From: Planctomycetota bacterium
GTDB lineage: Bacteria > Planctomycetota > UBA1135 > UBA2386
DNA: 64,000 nt
Reading direction: 5' to 3'
Assembly: GCA_965228735.1 (NCBI GenBank)
Contig: OZ245838.1
Span: 3,488,001 to 3,552,000 of the forward strand
Positions 29,027-38,354 of this stretch are shown piece after piece. A program made the position numbers and the translations under genes. A model generated the notes under the pieces. The model was not told the DNA's origin. It saw nothing but the letters and a program-made list of their open reading frames with translations, and ran no database searches. Each line of letters begins with the position of its first letter. Position 1 is the stretch's first letter.

Positions 29027-30013
29027 ATGGTGCGGCGAACGAGTTCGATCCTGTTCGGGCTGATCCTCGGCCTGTCCCTCGCGTTCGTGGTCTGGTGGAC
29101 GATCTTCCAGGCCATGGCGAGCGGCGAGCTCGCCGCCGCGGCGGACGCGATCCTCGCGGGCGAGCCCGAGCGGGTGGCCGCGGCGTTCGGCGTGGCGGAT
29201 GTCGCCGCCGTGCACGACCTCGCCGAGTCGCGCTACTGGATGTTCCTCAGCGAAGGCGCCGTCTTCGTCGCCGTGCTCCTCGTGTCCGGCGTGCTGTTCG
29301 CCTCGTCGGTTCGCCGCGAGGCCGCGACGCGGCAGCAGCAGGACCGCTTCCTCGCCGGCGCGACGCACGAGCTCAAGACCCCGCTCGCGACGATCTCGCT
29401 GCTGCTCGAGTCGCTGCGCGACGACCGCCTCGCGCCGGAGAAGCGGGCCCACTACCTGCAGATGGGGCTGCTCGAGACCGACCGGCTCGAACGCGGCCTC
29501 ACCAACGTTCTCGTCGCCGCCGGGCTGCGCACGACGCGCGAGGCCGACCGCCGCATCGACGGCGACCTCGCGACGGACGTGCGCGCCGTGCTCGACCGCG
29601 TCGCCGCCCGCGCTGCCGCCGCCGAGATCGCGATCGAGAGCCACATCGACGGCGCGGTCGAAGCGCGCCGCGATCCCGAAGCGGTGCAGCTGATCGTGCA
29701 CAACCTGCTCGAGAACGCGATCAAGTACTCGCCGCGCGGTAGCACGGTCGAGATGGCGCTCGCCGTCGAACCGCAGAACGCGCGCATCACCGTGCGCGAC
29801 CGCGGCCGCGGCCTCGACGACCAGGAGCTGCGCCGCGCGTTCGAACCGTTCTGGCGCGGCAACGACATCGCGAGCGGCGGGTCGGGCCTCGGCCTGCATC
29901 TCGTACGCCAGCTCACGGAGGCCCACGGCGGCACCGTCGAAGCCAGGAGCGCCGGCCGCGATGCGGGCGCCGAGTTCGTCGTTCGCCTGCCGCGCAAGGA
30001 GATCAGCAAGTGA
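29027..30013 (+). CDS. Sensor histidine kinase (HisKA + HATPase)
   Basis: Two TM helices, THELKTP, NLLENAIKYS, DRGRG, GSGLGL; possible GTG start at 29030. Confidence 0.93.
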   Translation: MVRRTSSILFGLILGLSLAFVVWWTIFQAMASGELAAAADAILAGEPERVAAAFGVADVAAVHDLAESRYWMFLSEGAVFVAVLLVSGVLFASSVRREAATRQQQDRFLAGATHELKTPLATISLLLESLRDDRLAPEKRAHYLQMGLLETDRLERGLTNVLVAAGLRTTREADRRIDGDLATDVRAVLDRVAARAAAAEIAIESHIDGAVEARRDPEAVQLIVHNLLENAIKYSPRGSTVEMALAVEPQNARITVRDRGRGLDDQELRRAFEPFWRGNDIASGGSGLGLHLVRQLTEAHGGTVEARSAGRDAGAEFVVRLPRKEISK

Positions 30014-30696
30014 GCCGCTGGATCCTGGTCGCCGAGGACGAGGTCACGCTCGGCGAGATGGTCTGCGACAACCTGCGGCACGAGTCGCACAACGCCGAGC
30101 ACGTCACGACCGGCCCGGCCGCGCTCGAACGGATGCAGCAGGGCGGCATCGACCTGCTCGTGCTCGACATCATGTTGCCGGGCCTCGACGGCTTCGAGGT
30201 GCTGAAGCAGCTGCGTGACCGCGGTGACACGACGCCCGTGCTCGTGCTCAGCGCGCGCAGCGCCGACGCGGACCGCATCAAGGGTCTCGAACTGCTCGCC
30301 GACGACTACCTGACCAAACCGTTCAACCTGCGCGAACTGCTGCTGCGCGTCGACGCGTTGCTGCGCCGCCAGCCGGTGCCCGAACCGAGCACCGATGCGC
30401 TCGAGTTCGGCGGCCACCGCGTCGAGTTCCGCGCCCAGCGCGCCCACTGCAAGAACGGCGAGACGATCGATCTCACGGCGACGGAGACGAAGCTCCTGCG
30501 CCTGCTGTCATCGCACGCCGGCACGGTCGTCGCGCGCCGCACGATCGTCGAGCACCTGTTCGGCAGCACCGCGCCGGCGACGGTGCGGACGCTCGACAAC
30601 ATCGTGCTGCGCCTGCGCAAGCTCTTCGAAGCCGATCCGTCGCAGCCGCGCCATCTCGTCACGGTGCGCGGCGTCGGGTTGCGATTCGACGGCTGA
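30010..30696 (+). CDS. OmpR-family response regulator
   Basis: ED, LDIMLP, DDYLTKPF, winged-helix TVRGVG; GTGA overlap with the kinase. Confidence 0.94.
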   Translation: MSRWILVAEDEVTLGEMVCDNLRHESHNAEHVTTGPAALERMQQGGIDLLVLDIMLPGLDGFEVLKQLRDRGDTTPVLVLSARSADADRIKGLELLADDYLTKPFNLRELLLRVDALLRRQPVPEPSTDALEFGGHRVEFRAQRAHCKNGETIDLTATETKLLRLLSSHAGTVVARRTIVEHLFGSTAPATVRTLDNIVLRLRKLFEADPSQPRHLVTVRGVGLRFDG

Positions 30697-30808
30697 GGTC
30701 GTGTGGGCCCCACGGGCCAGAGCGTGGGGCTCGGATCGCCGAGGGCAACGCGATACCATCATGGGTCGTGCGCGGCACCCCGCCGCCGCGAGGAAGAAGG
30801 AGCCAGCC

Positions 30809-31531
30809 ATGTCCAACGATCCAATCGCATCGGCGACGCACGCCCAGGTCCAACCGCTGGTCGTGCCGCCCAACGACGACGACATCTCCGGCCACCTGCA
30901 TCGCCAGGTGATCGGCGTGCTCGGCGCGACGATGCCGTTCGCCGTCGCGTGGCTGCATCGCATGCGCCCGCTGGAGACGTTGCCGCCCGAGGCGCTGACG
31001 TCGATCAGCGCGTACTACTACACCGACGCCGTCGCCGTGTTTGCCGGCGTGCTTTCGGTGCTCGCGGTCTACCTGTTCACGTATCGCGGCTATCGCAATC
31101 CGGGCCAGTACCTCGATCGCACGACGACGATCATCGCGGGCTTCGCCGCGGTCGGTGTCGCGTGTTTCCCCACCAGGTCACCGCTCGAGCCGCCGCAGTG
31201 GTGGCAACCGTGGGTCGGTCACGTCCACATCGGCAGCGCGATCGTGCTGTTCGCCGCGTTCGCCGTGTTCGCGCTGTTCCTGTTCCCGCGGTCCCCGTCG
31301 CCGCTCCGCGCGCTGTCGGCCGGCAAGCTCTGCCGGCGGGCCATCTACCTCACGTGCGGGCTCGGGATCGTGGCGTGCCTGATCTGGGCCGCGCTCGTGG
31401 ACGACATCTTCTGGCCCGAGACGATCGCGCTCGAGTTCTTCGCCGTGTCCTGGCTCGTGAAGGGCAAGGCCGATCAGACCGCGATCCGGCTGGCGCAGCG
31501 GGGGCTCCGGGTGTTCGGGGGCGGCAGCTGA
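30809..31531 (+). CDS. Multi-pass membrane protein (DUF998-like)
   Basis: AAGGAG RBS; IGVLG..P, SISAYYYT, FPT, H..SA..LF, ET.AL..F..SWLVKG. Confidence 0.8.
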   Translation: MSNDPIASATHAQVQPLVVPPNDDDISGHLHRQVIGVLGATMPFAVAWLHRMRPLETLPPEALTSISAYYYTDAVAVFAGVLSVLAVYLFTYRGYRNPGQYLDRTTTIIAGFAAVGVACFPTRSPLEPPQWWQPWVGHVHIGSAIVLFAAFAVFALFLFPRSPSPLRALSAGKLCRRAIYLTCGLGIVACLIWAALVDDIFWPETIALEFFAVSWLVKGKADQTAIRLAQRGLRVFGGGS

Positions 31532-31819
31532 CCCGCGTCCTCGGACCGGATCAATCGCAATCGCCGTTCATGTGCACTGTCCCGCAGTGTCGGCAGACGA
31601 ACTTGTAGAACGCCGGACAATCGAGGCCGGTCGCCGGGCATGGCGCATCGGACGATATCGTGCCGGCGCGGGGCCGGGCAACGAGACCGCAGGTTCGCGG
31701 TCTGCGGCCGGATCCGCCCGCCTTCGCCTGTATTCGCCGATCCAGGCGACATACGCTGCGCCGCCCCGGCCACTGAGGACCGCCCCCCGACCCCGATCCC
31801 TCCGGATCCCGCACTACCA

Positions 31820-32866
31820 ATGATGATTCGCACGACGCTCGCCCTGTCCCTCGCCCTTCCCCTGGTCCTCGCCCCCGTCACCGCGCAGGGTGACGACGCG
31901 CAGAAGCACGAGCTCGCGATGACCGCGCGGCCGGGCAACTCGGTCTGGCTCCGGCAGACGACCAAGACGGTCCAGGAGATCGACATGGGGATCCAGCAGG
32001 CCGAGAACAAGAGCACGGTCGACATCACCGCGAGCTTCAACGTCACGGCGGTGGCTGACGACGGCAAGACGACGGTCGACGTCAAGATCGAACGCGTGCG
32101 CGGCTCGTTCGGCGTGCCCAACATGGGCGAGTTCCCGTTCGACTCCCTCGACGGCGATCAGGGCGACAAGGGTGGCGACGACGGCGGCTTCGGCGGCTTC
32201 GGCATGCCCGACTTCGGCGCCGTCGGCAAGGCGGCGGCGTCGATGGCCGGCACGGCGTTCGCCGCGGTGCTCGATCGAAAGGGCAAGGTGACCGCGGTCA
32301 CGGGCCTCGAGGAGGCGCTGAAGAAGGCCGAGGAGGAAGCGGGCCAGATGGGCCGCCAGATGCTGTCGGGCACGTTCAGCAAGACCGCGATCAGCAACTT
32401 CGTGGAGTCGGCGTTCGGCACCCGGCCGCAGCAGGCGACGCCGGTCGGGGGCACGTGGAAGCCGGAAGCGGACGACGACGACGGCCCCCAGACGAAGATG
32501 ACGCTCAAGCTCGCCCGCGTCACGGACAAGGCGTTCGAGGTCACGGGCGAGGGCACGGTCGAGAAGCCGAAGCTCGACGGCGGTGACGAGGGCGACGACA
32601 GCCCCGAGGCGGCGATGCAGCGCGAGCTCATGAAGAGCATGGAGATCAAGAACGGCAAGGTGTCGTTCCGCAGTCTCGTGTCGCGCGAGGACGGCTTCCT
32701 GGTCGAATCGACCCGCAACCTGTCGATGGACATGACGATGGAGAGCCCGATGGGCGCCATCGAGATGACCAACTCGACGACGGTCACGACGAAGCGGACC
32801 AGCCAGGGCGCCGCGATGGCGAAGAAGCCCGCGGGCGATCCGGCCAAGCAGGGCGGCGACAAGTAG
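31820..32866 (+). CDS. Secreted hypothetical protein (DUF6263-like)
   Basis: Signal peptide; beta-rich, FDS, P...VG.TW motifs. Confidence 0.75.
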   Translation: MMIRTTLALSLALPLVLAPVTAQGDDAQKHELAMTARPGNSVWLRQTTKTVQEIDMGIQQAENKSTVDITASFNVTAVADDGKTTVDVKIERVRGSFGVPNMGEFPFDSLDGDQGDKGGDDGGFGGFGMPDFGAVGKAAASMAGTAFAAVLDRKGKVTAVTGLEEALKKAEEEAGQMGRQMLSGTFSKTAISNFVESAFGTRPQQATPVGGTWKPEADDDDGPQTKMTLKLARVTDKAFEVTGEGTVEKPKLDGGDEGDDSPEAAMQRELMKSMEIKNGKVSFRSLVSREDGFLVESTRNLSMDMTMESPMGAIEMTNSTTVTTKRTSQGAAMAKKPAGDPAKQGGDK

Positions 32867-32962
32867 GCCGCGGCCAACCCCGCGCCCGATCTGCCCGGGG
32901 AAGAAGCCGGGCGCGCGGATTCGCGCTGGACTTCGCGGGTGGCGAAGGGCGATACCAGCGAC

Positions 32963-33976
32963 ATGCCAGATCCCGCCAAGCTGCAGGTCGCCGAGTTCCT
33001 CGGCGACGGCATCTCCGCTGAGCTGTCCGCGGCCGTCCACCAGATTGCCGAGACCCTGCCGGTCGGCATCGAGTTCGAGCCGATCGATCTGTCGCTCGAG
33101 CGGCGCGAGGCGGAGCCGAAGGCCGCGTTCGACGACGCGATGCGCGCGATCCGGGCGCACGGCGTCGCGATCAAGTATCCCACCGTGACGGCCAAGGAGA
33201 GCCCCAACAAGGTCCTCCGCGAGCGCTGCAGCTTCGCCGTGATCCACCGCCCCGTGGCGACGATGGCCGGCGTGCAGACGCGGCATCAGGGCGCCGTCGA
33301 CATGCACATCATCCGGGTCGCGGTCGGCGGCACCTACGAGGACGCCGGCCGCCGCATCGGCGACGACGTCGCGGTGTCGATCCGCGTCATCGAACGCAAG
33401 CCGTCGCAGCAGGCCGCGCAGTTCGCGTTCCGCCTCGCGAAACGCCTCGGCTGCGGCGTGACGAGCACGAGCAAGTACACGATCCAGCGCGAGACCGACG
33501 GCCTGTTCGAGGAGATCGCCCGCGGCGTCGCGCGCGACTTCCCGGACGTGCCCCACGGCAGCGAGCTCTTCGACGCGTTGCTCTACAAGGCCGTGCTGCG
33601 ACCCGAGGACTATCGCGTCGTCGTCACGCCCAACGAGTACGGCGACTTCCTGTCGGACATGGCGTGCGGCATGGTCGGCAGCCTCGGGCTGGGCGCGAGC
33701 GCGAGCTACTCGTTCCGCGAGAACGGCGACGTCGACCTCGCGATGTTCGACCCCGCGGGCGGCACGGCGCCCGACATCGCCGGGCAGGGCGTCTGCAACC
33801 CGTCCGCGGCGCTGTTCGCGCTCAGCATGCTCCTGATCCATCGCGACCAAGTCGAACTCGGCGAACGGCTCGATCGGGCGATCCGGGGCGCGATCGCGGA
33901 TGGGGAATCGACGCGGGACCTGGGTGGCGCGCTCGGCACCGAGCAATTCACCGCCGCCGTCCAATCCCGGATCTGA
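32963..33976 (+). CDS. Isocitrate/isopropylmalate dehydrogenase family protein (divergent)
   Basis: GDGIS.E, SPN..LR, RP, NEYGDFLSD, G.APDIAGQG..NP; alternative start 32939. Confidence 0.88.
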   Translation: MPDPAKLQVAEFLGDGISAELSAAVHQIAETLPVGIEFEPIDLSLERREAEPKAAFDDAMRAIRAHGVAIKYPTVTAKESPNKVLRERCSFAVIHRPVATMAGVQTRHQGAVDMHIIRVAVGGTYEDAGRRIGDDVAVSIRVIERKPSQQAAQFAFRLAKRLGCGVTSTSKYTIQRETDGLFEEIARGVARDFPDVPHGSELFDALLYKAVLRPEDYRVVVTPNEYGDFLSDMACGMVGSLGLGASASYSFRENGDVDLAMFDPAGGTAPDIAGQGVCNPSAALFALSMLLIHRDQVELGERLDRAIRGAIADGESTRDLGGALGTEQFTAAVQSRI

Positions 33977-34162
33977 TGTCTTGCGTGTGGCCGATCGCGC
34001 GTAACCCGTTTTGTGGGGCCGCGATCGGGTGCGCCGGTCGGCCAGCGCCGGTCGTCCGACGAACCGCGCCGCGACCACGACCCCTCGCGCCTACCGCCGG
34101 TGCGCGCGCCCGCCCAAACCGGCGGATCCACCCGGCCGACGGATCCACACCGTTGATATCAG

Positions 34163-34657
34163 TCAGACGCGGGGCCGGAAGAGGCGGTCGACGTGCACGC
34201 TGCCCTTGTGCTTGTCCGCCACCTTCCGCGCCAGCCGCATCGCCTCGGGAACCGGCACCATCACGGCGCCCTCGGGCACGGGCAGCCAGACCGCCTGCTC
34301 GTCGGCATCCGCGATCAGCCGGTCGAACTCGGCCGTGGAGTCGACGGCGGCCAGCCGTTCGAGGAGCTTCATGTCGACGAGCGCCGACCCCGGCGGCGCG
34401 TACTGGCGCGTGCGGCCGAGCAGATCATCCGTGCTGACCTGGAACAGGTCCGCGAGTGCCACGAGGTCTTCACCGGTCGGGAACCGGCTGCCGCTCTCCC
34501 AGCGGGAGACGGCGGACTCGTGACACCCAAGTCGCTTCGCGACGTAGTCCTGGGTGAAACCTCGACGGGCGCGCAGCTCACGCAACCGAACGGACAGATG
34601 CGTAGCGAGCGGCCGAGGCGTGGATTCGGGAATCTCTGTCACTGTGGAGGTGGCCAA
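34163..34657 (-). CDS. XRE-family HTH transcriptional regulator
   Basis: RLRELRARRGFTQ..VA..LG.....VSRWESG.R.P....L..LADLFQVS.D.LLGR; TTG start uncertain. Confidence 0.9.
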   Translation of the reverse strand: MATSTVTEIPESTPRPLATHLSVRLRELRARRGFTQDYVAKRLGCHESAVSRWESGSRFPTGEDLVALADLFQVSTDDLLGRTRQYAPPGSALVDMKLLERLAAVDSTAEFDRLIADADEQAVWLPVPEGAVMVPVPEAMRLARKVADKHKGSVHVDRLFRPRV

Positions 34658-34876
34658 GGTGATGGCACTACGCAGCCATTGTGACCAAGGGTTCGCCCGA
34701 ACGGAAGGTCATGGAGGCAGTGCAGTTGGCTGCGTCGAGCAGTGTAACCGAACGGCACGTTTGTAGTGCTTGGATCAGAAAACTTGACTTATTGGCAAGC
34801 ATGAGTGACGCTCGTCGATCCACTTTTCTGCCGGCTCCGCGCCGGCATCGAAACCCGTCCGCGACGAACGAAACCC

Positions 34877-35398
34877 ATGCACGATCCGCACCACCTGCTG
34901 CCGGTCGCCTACCGCGCCGCCTCAACCGTTGCGCGCAGCCGTATCCTCGCTGAGGAAGCCGGCGAACGCGCGATTCACCTGCTCACGCTCGCAGTGCTCG
35001 AGGGCTGCCCGCCAGAGCACCCGGAGGCCTGGCTGCGCACCGTCGCCCGCCGGTCCGCATGCGCTCTGTTGGGCTCCGACTGGGCCCGCACGCGGTCGAT
35101 CGCACACGACGATCTGACGGACTGGCAATCGGCGTTTCAGCCACCGCCCAGCCCGCGGCACGAGTTCGTCCGAGAAGGCATCGCACCGCTGCTCACCGGG
35201 CGGCAGCGGGAGGCATTGGCAGCCGCGCTGTCGGCCAACACGACTCGGGGTGGCGCGCGCGCGTGCAACATGCCCCCGCGCGACTTCCGGCGCTACCTCG
35301 CGGTGATCTCCCGCAAGGCCAAGGCAGCACTGGCCGAGGCCGAGCTCGAGGACCGGTTTGCTGACGACCCCAACGTGCAGTTCCAGCTCGGTGGGTAG
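34877..35398 (+). CDS. Divergent ECF-type sigma-factor-like protein
   Basis: sigma2-like AYRAA...LAEEA....EAWLRTVARR and sigma4-like LTGRQREAL....ARACNMP...R. Confidence 0.55.
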   Translation: MHDPHHLLPVAYRAASTVARSRILAEEAGERAIHLLTLAVLEGCPPEHPEAWLRTVARRSACALLGSDWARTRSIAHDDLTDWQSAFQPPPSPRHEFVREGIAPLLTGRQREALAAALSANTTRGGARACNMPPRDFRRYLAVISRKAKAALAEAELEDRFADDPNVQFQLGG

Positions 35399-35489
35399 GC
35401 GCGCGGACGGTGTCCCGCGTCCGTCCCAGCGGCCCGAACCCTGGCCCGTAACCCTGGCAACGGCGACGCCGAGACGGGATCCTCTGCGC

Positions 35490-36275
35490 ATGCGCATCGT
35501 TTCGTTCTTCGCCGCCGCCTCGTTCCTGACCGCTGTGTCCGCGCCGCTCGCGGCGCAGGATTCGCAGCAGAGCCCGGGCTACACCGACACTCCGAAGCTG
35601 CCGAGCGGCTGGCGCGTGCACGACAGCGCGCGCCCGCACCCGCCGATCGTCGATCCCGGTCCGGCGCCGAAGGATCCGCTGCCCGTGCCCGCGGACGCGA
35701 CGGTGCTGTTCGGCGGCGACAACCTCGACGCGTGGCAGAGCGGCAAGGGCCCGGCGAAGTGGAAGGTCGAGAACGGCTACATGGAAGTGCGCGGCGGCGG
35801 CATCCGCACGAAGCAAGCGTTCGGGGACTGCCAGCTGCACGTCGAATGGGCCGCGCCGGCCGAGGTGAAGGGCGACTCGCAAGGCCGCGGCAACAGCGGC
35901 GTGTTCTTCCTCGGTCGCTACGAGATCCAGGTGCTCGATTCGTACGACAACGTCACCTACGCCGACGGGCAGGCGGCGGCGATGTACGGGCAGTTCCCAC
36001 CGCTCGTCAACGCGTGCCGCAAGCCCGGCGAGTGGCAGACCTACGACATCGTGTTCCGCGCGCCGCGCTTCACCGATGACGGCAAGCTCGAGAAGCCGGC
36101 GCGCGTGACCGTGATCCACAACGGCATCGTCGTGCACGACGCGCGCGAGTTCCTCGGCCCGACGGCGCACAAGAACCTGCCGAAGTATCGTCCGCACCCG
36201 ACGAAGGGACCGATCCAGCTGCAGGACCACGGCAACCCGATCCGCTTCCGCAACATCTGGATCCGCGAGCTGTAG
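35490..36275 (+). CDS. DUF1080 (3-keto-disaccharide hydrolase family) secreted protein
   Basis: LF.G.NL..W, WKVENG, FGD.QLHVEW, GNSGVFF, YEIQVLD, GEWQTYDI, GPIQLQDHG..IRFRNIWIR. Confidence 0.93.
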   Translation: MRIVSFFAAASFLTAVSAPLAAQDSQQSPGYTDTPKLPSGWRVHDSARPHPPIVDPGPAPKDPLPVPADATVLFGGDNLDAWQSGKGPAKWKVENGYMEVRGGGIRTKQAFGDCQLHVEWAAPAEVKGDSQGRGNSGVFFLGRYEIQVLDSYDNVTYADGQAAAMYGQFPPLVNACRKPGEWQTYDIVFRAPRFTDDGKLEKPARVTVIHNGIVVHDAREFLGPTAHKNLPKYRPHPTKGPIQLQDHGNPIRFRNIWIREL

Positions 36276-36302
36276 CTCAGGAGGCCGGAGCGCCGGTACG
36301 CG

Positions 36303-36345
36303 AAACGGCTCCGACCATGGCAACTCGCCACGGTCGGAGCCGTTT
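36303..36345. terminator. Bidirectional intrinsic terminator between convergent genes
   Basis: 14-bp perfect inverted repeat AAACGGCTCCGACC...GGTCGGAGCCGTTT with an extended inner stem. Confidence 0.75.
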
Positions 36346-36368
36346 GCAATAGCAGCAGGCGCGCCGCC

Positions 36369-38168
36369 TCAGCGGCTGCCCGCGTACTTCCCGAGCACGG
36401 TGTAGTCGTGCTTGATGCCGGCCGTGTCCTCGTCGGTCAGCTGCGTCTCCGTCGTCGTGTTCCAGACGAACAGGTCGGCGTTGGTGTTGGTGCCGACCGG
36501 GCGCGTGAACAGGATCGTGCCGTTCGCGGTCGCGGCCTGGTAGGTGTCGGCGCCGGTTGCCGTGGTCACGACGACGATCGACGAGGCCGAGTCGTCCCAC
36601 ATCGCGAGGTTCTGGCTCGCGCCCGTGCCGGCCGTCGAGACCCAGTCGCCGGTGTCGACGCCAGCACCCTGGAACGCGAGGCCGGTGCCGACGACCTGCG
36701 TCTGCCACGCGCCGGCGGAGACGTCGAAGTGGTTGATCGCGGTGTTGTCGGTGCGCTGCGCGACGATGTCGCCGTTGTCGACGACGCCGACCGTCGTGCT
36801 GACGGTGCCGCCGGGCGACCACGACGCGGTGGCCGGCGAGCTCACGAGCGAGTAGGCGTCGAGCTGGCTCGTCGTGCTGCTGCCCTGCACGAACACCCAC
36901 GCCGGCGAGCTGCCGGAGACCGCGACGACCGTGAGGACGTCCGCCGTGTCGACGACCTGCGTGTTGGCCGACGTCGCGACGTCGTAGAAGTAGACGTCGT
37001 GGTCGGTGCCGCTGACGACGCGGTGGTAGACCACCTCGTTGCCATCGCCCATTGCGTCGAACACGTTGTCCGTGCCGGTCGCGATCGCGTCGGCCTGGCC
37101 GTCGGCCGGATCCCACACGTAGAGCTCGCGGTTGCTGCCGTTGGTCGCCGTGAAGACGACCTGGCTGCCCGTGCCGAAGGCGTTGTAGGCCTTGTTGAGC
37201 GTCGCGAGCGCGGAGACGTTCGCGCCGATCTCGACCGTGCCCGTGCCGACCTTGAAGTAGAACAGGTCGGTCTCGCCGCCGGCCCCGACGCGCGAGAACA
37301 CGACGCCGCCGTTCGGCAGCACCGCGAGCAGCTGCTCGTCCGTCGCGGCCGTGCCGACCGCGAACGAATCGTCCTCGCTCGGGTCGTAGTAGTAGATGTC
37401 CGACTGGTTGCTCTCGCCCGTCTCGTAGAAGACGAGGTCGCTGCCGTTCACGAGCACGTCGGTCGTGCTCAGGCCGCCATCGTCGATCTCGCGCGAGAAG
37501 TCGTTGGTCGGGTTGTAGTAGAACAGCGTGACATCGGGCGAACTGCCGGTCGAGTAGATGACGCGGCTGTCCGAGGTCTTCGCGAGGTAGGTGACGTTGC
37601 TCGCGTTCTCCGCGATGCGCGTCCGCGTGCGGCTCATCGGATCGAAGAGCCAGAGCTGGGTGCTGTTCACCGTGTAGACCATGCGGCCATCGGCGAGACC
37701 CGTCGCGAAGGCCGGCGCATTCGTCGACGACAGCACGCGCACCTGCCCGTTGGTCGCCGAATCGAGCAGCAGCAGGCCATCGGTGTCCTCGCGAACGACG
37801 ACGAAGTTCGAACTCGTCACCTTCACGGTGAACGAGCCCGTCGACGTCTTGGCGCCATCGGACACCGAGAAGTTGACGGTGTACTCGCCCATCGCGTCGA
37901 ACGTGTGGCTGTAGTCGTCACCGGTGAACGAGCCGCCGCCGGACACGACCGAGTAGGTCAGCGTGTTGGCGCCGCCCGAGTCGGTCACGTAGGCGCCGAG
38001 ATCGAGCGTGAACGCCGAACCGCCGGTGGTGGACTGCGCGGGCACCGCCGAGATGCGGGGCGAAGCGTTGCTCACGCTCCCGCCGTTGCGACACGCGGTC
38101 GAAAGCAGCGCGATCGAAGCGATGGTCGCGAGGGCCAGAGCGGCCGGACGATGCTGTGAAAGGACCAT
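36369..38168 (-). CDS. Lipoprotein with Ig/cadherin-like N-terminal domain and beta-propeller
   Basis: Lipobox LSTAC; N..P.I..VP.Q, F.VSDG; repeated D(I/L/V)Y.YD blades. Confidence 0.75.
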   Translation of the reverse strand: MVLSQHRPAALALATIASIALLSTACRNGGSVSNASPRISAVPAQSTTGGSAFTLDLGAYVTDSGGANTLTYSVVSGGGSFTGDDYSHTFDAMGEYTVNFSVSDGAKTSTGSFTVKVTSSNFVVVREDTDGLLLLDSATNGQVRVLSSTNAPAFATGLADGRMVYTVNSTQLWLFDPMSRTRTRIAENASNVTYLAKTSDSRVIYSTGSSPDVTLFYYNPTNDFSREIDDGGLSTTDVLVNGSDLVFYETGESNQSDIYYYDPSEDDSFAVGTAATDEQLLAVLPNGGVVFSRVGAGGETDLFYFKVGTGTVEIGANVSALATLNKAYNAFGTGSQVVFTATNGSNRELYVWDPADGQADAIATGTDNVFDAMGDGNEVVYHRVVSGTDHDVYFYDVATSANTQVVDTADVLTVVAVSGSSPAWVFVQGSSTTSQLDAYSLVSSPATASWSPGGTVSTTVGVVDNGDIVAQRTDNTAINHFDVSAGAWQTQVVGTGLAFQGAGVDTGDWVSTAGTGASQNLAMWDDSASSIVVVTTATGADTYQAATANGTILFTRPVGTNTNADLFVWNTTTETQLTDEDTAGIKHDYTVLGKYAGSR

Positions 38169-38354
38169 GAGGTGCGTTTCTCCGAAGTTTGGAATGCTGA
38201 ATGACTGCGCGATCGGGCAGCTGGCGTGGCGCAGCCCTTCGACCTTCGGTCATCGGTCCCCCTCGGGGCAGTGACTGAGGCCGGCTCGGAGCGCTCGGTG
38301 GCACGGGGCGATCCAGGCACCGCCGCCGGTCGACCTCGCGGTGGCGCTACGGTG

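Noticed and set aside
34124..34150. Direct repeat CGGATCCAC x2
   Set aside because: Short, GC-rich, lies between convergent gene ends; no evidence of function.
34163..34657. XRE gene as a prophage repressor
   Set aside because: No integrase, att site or phage structural genes nearby.
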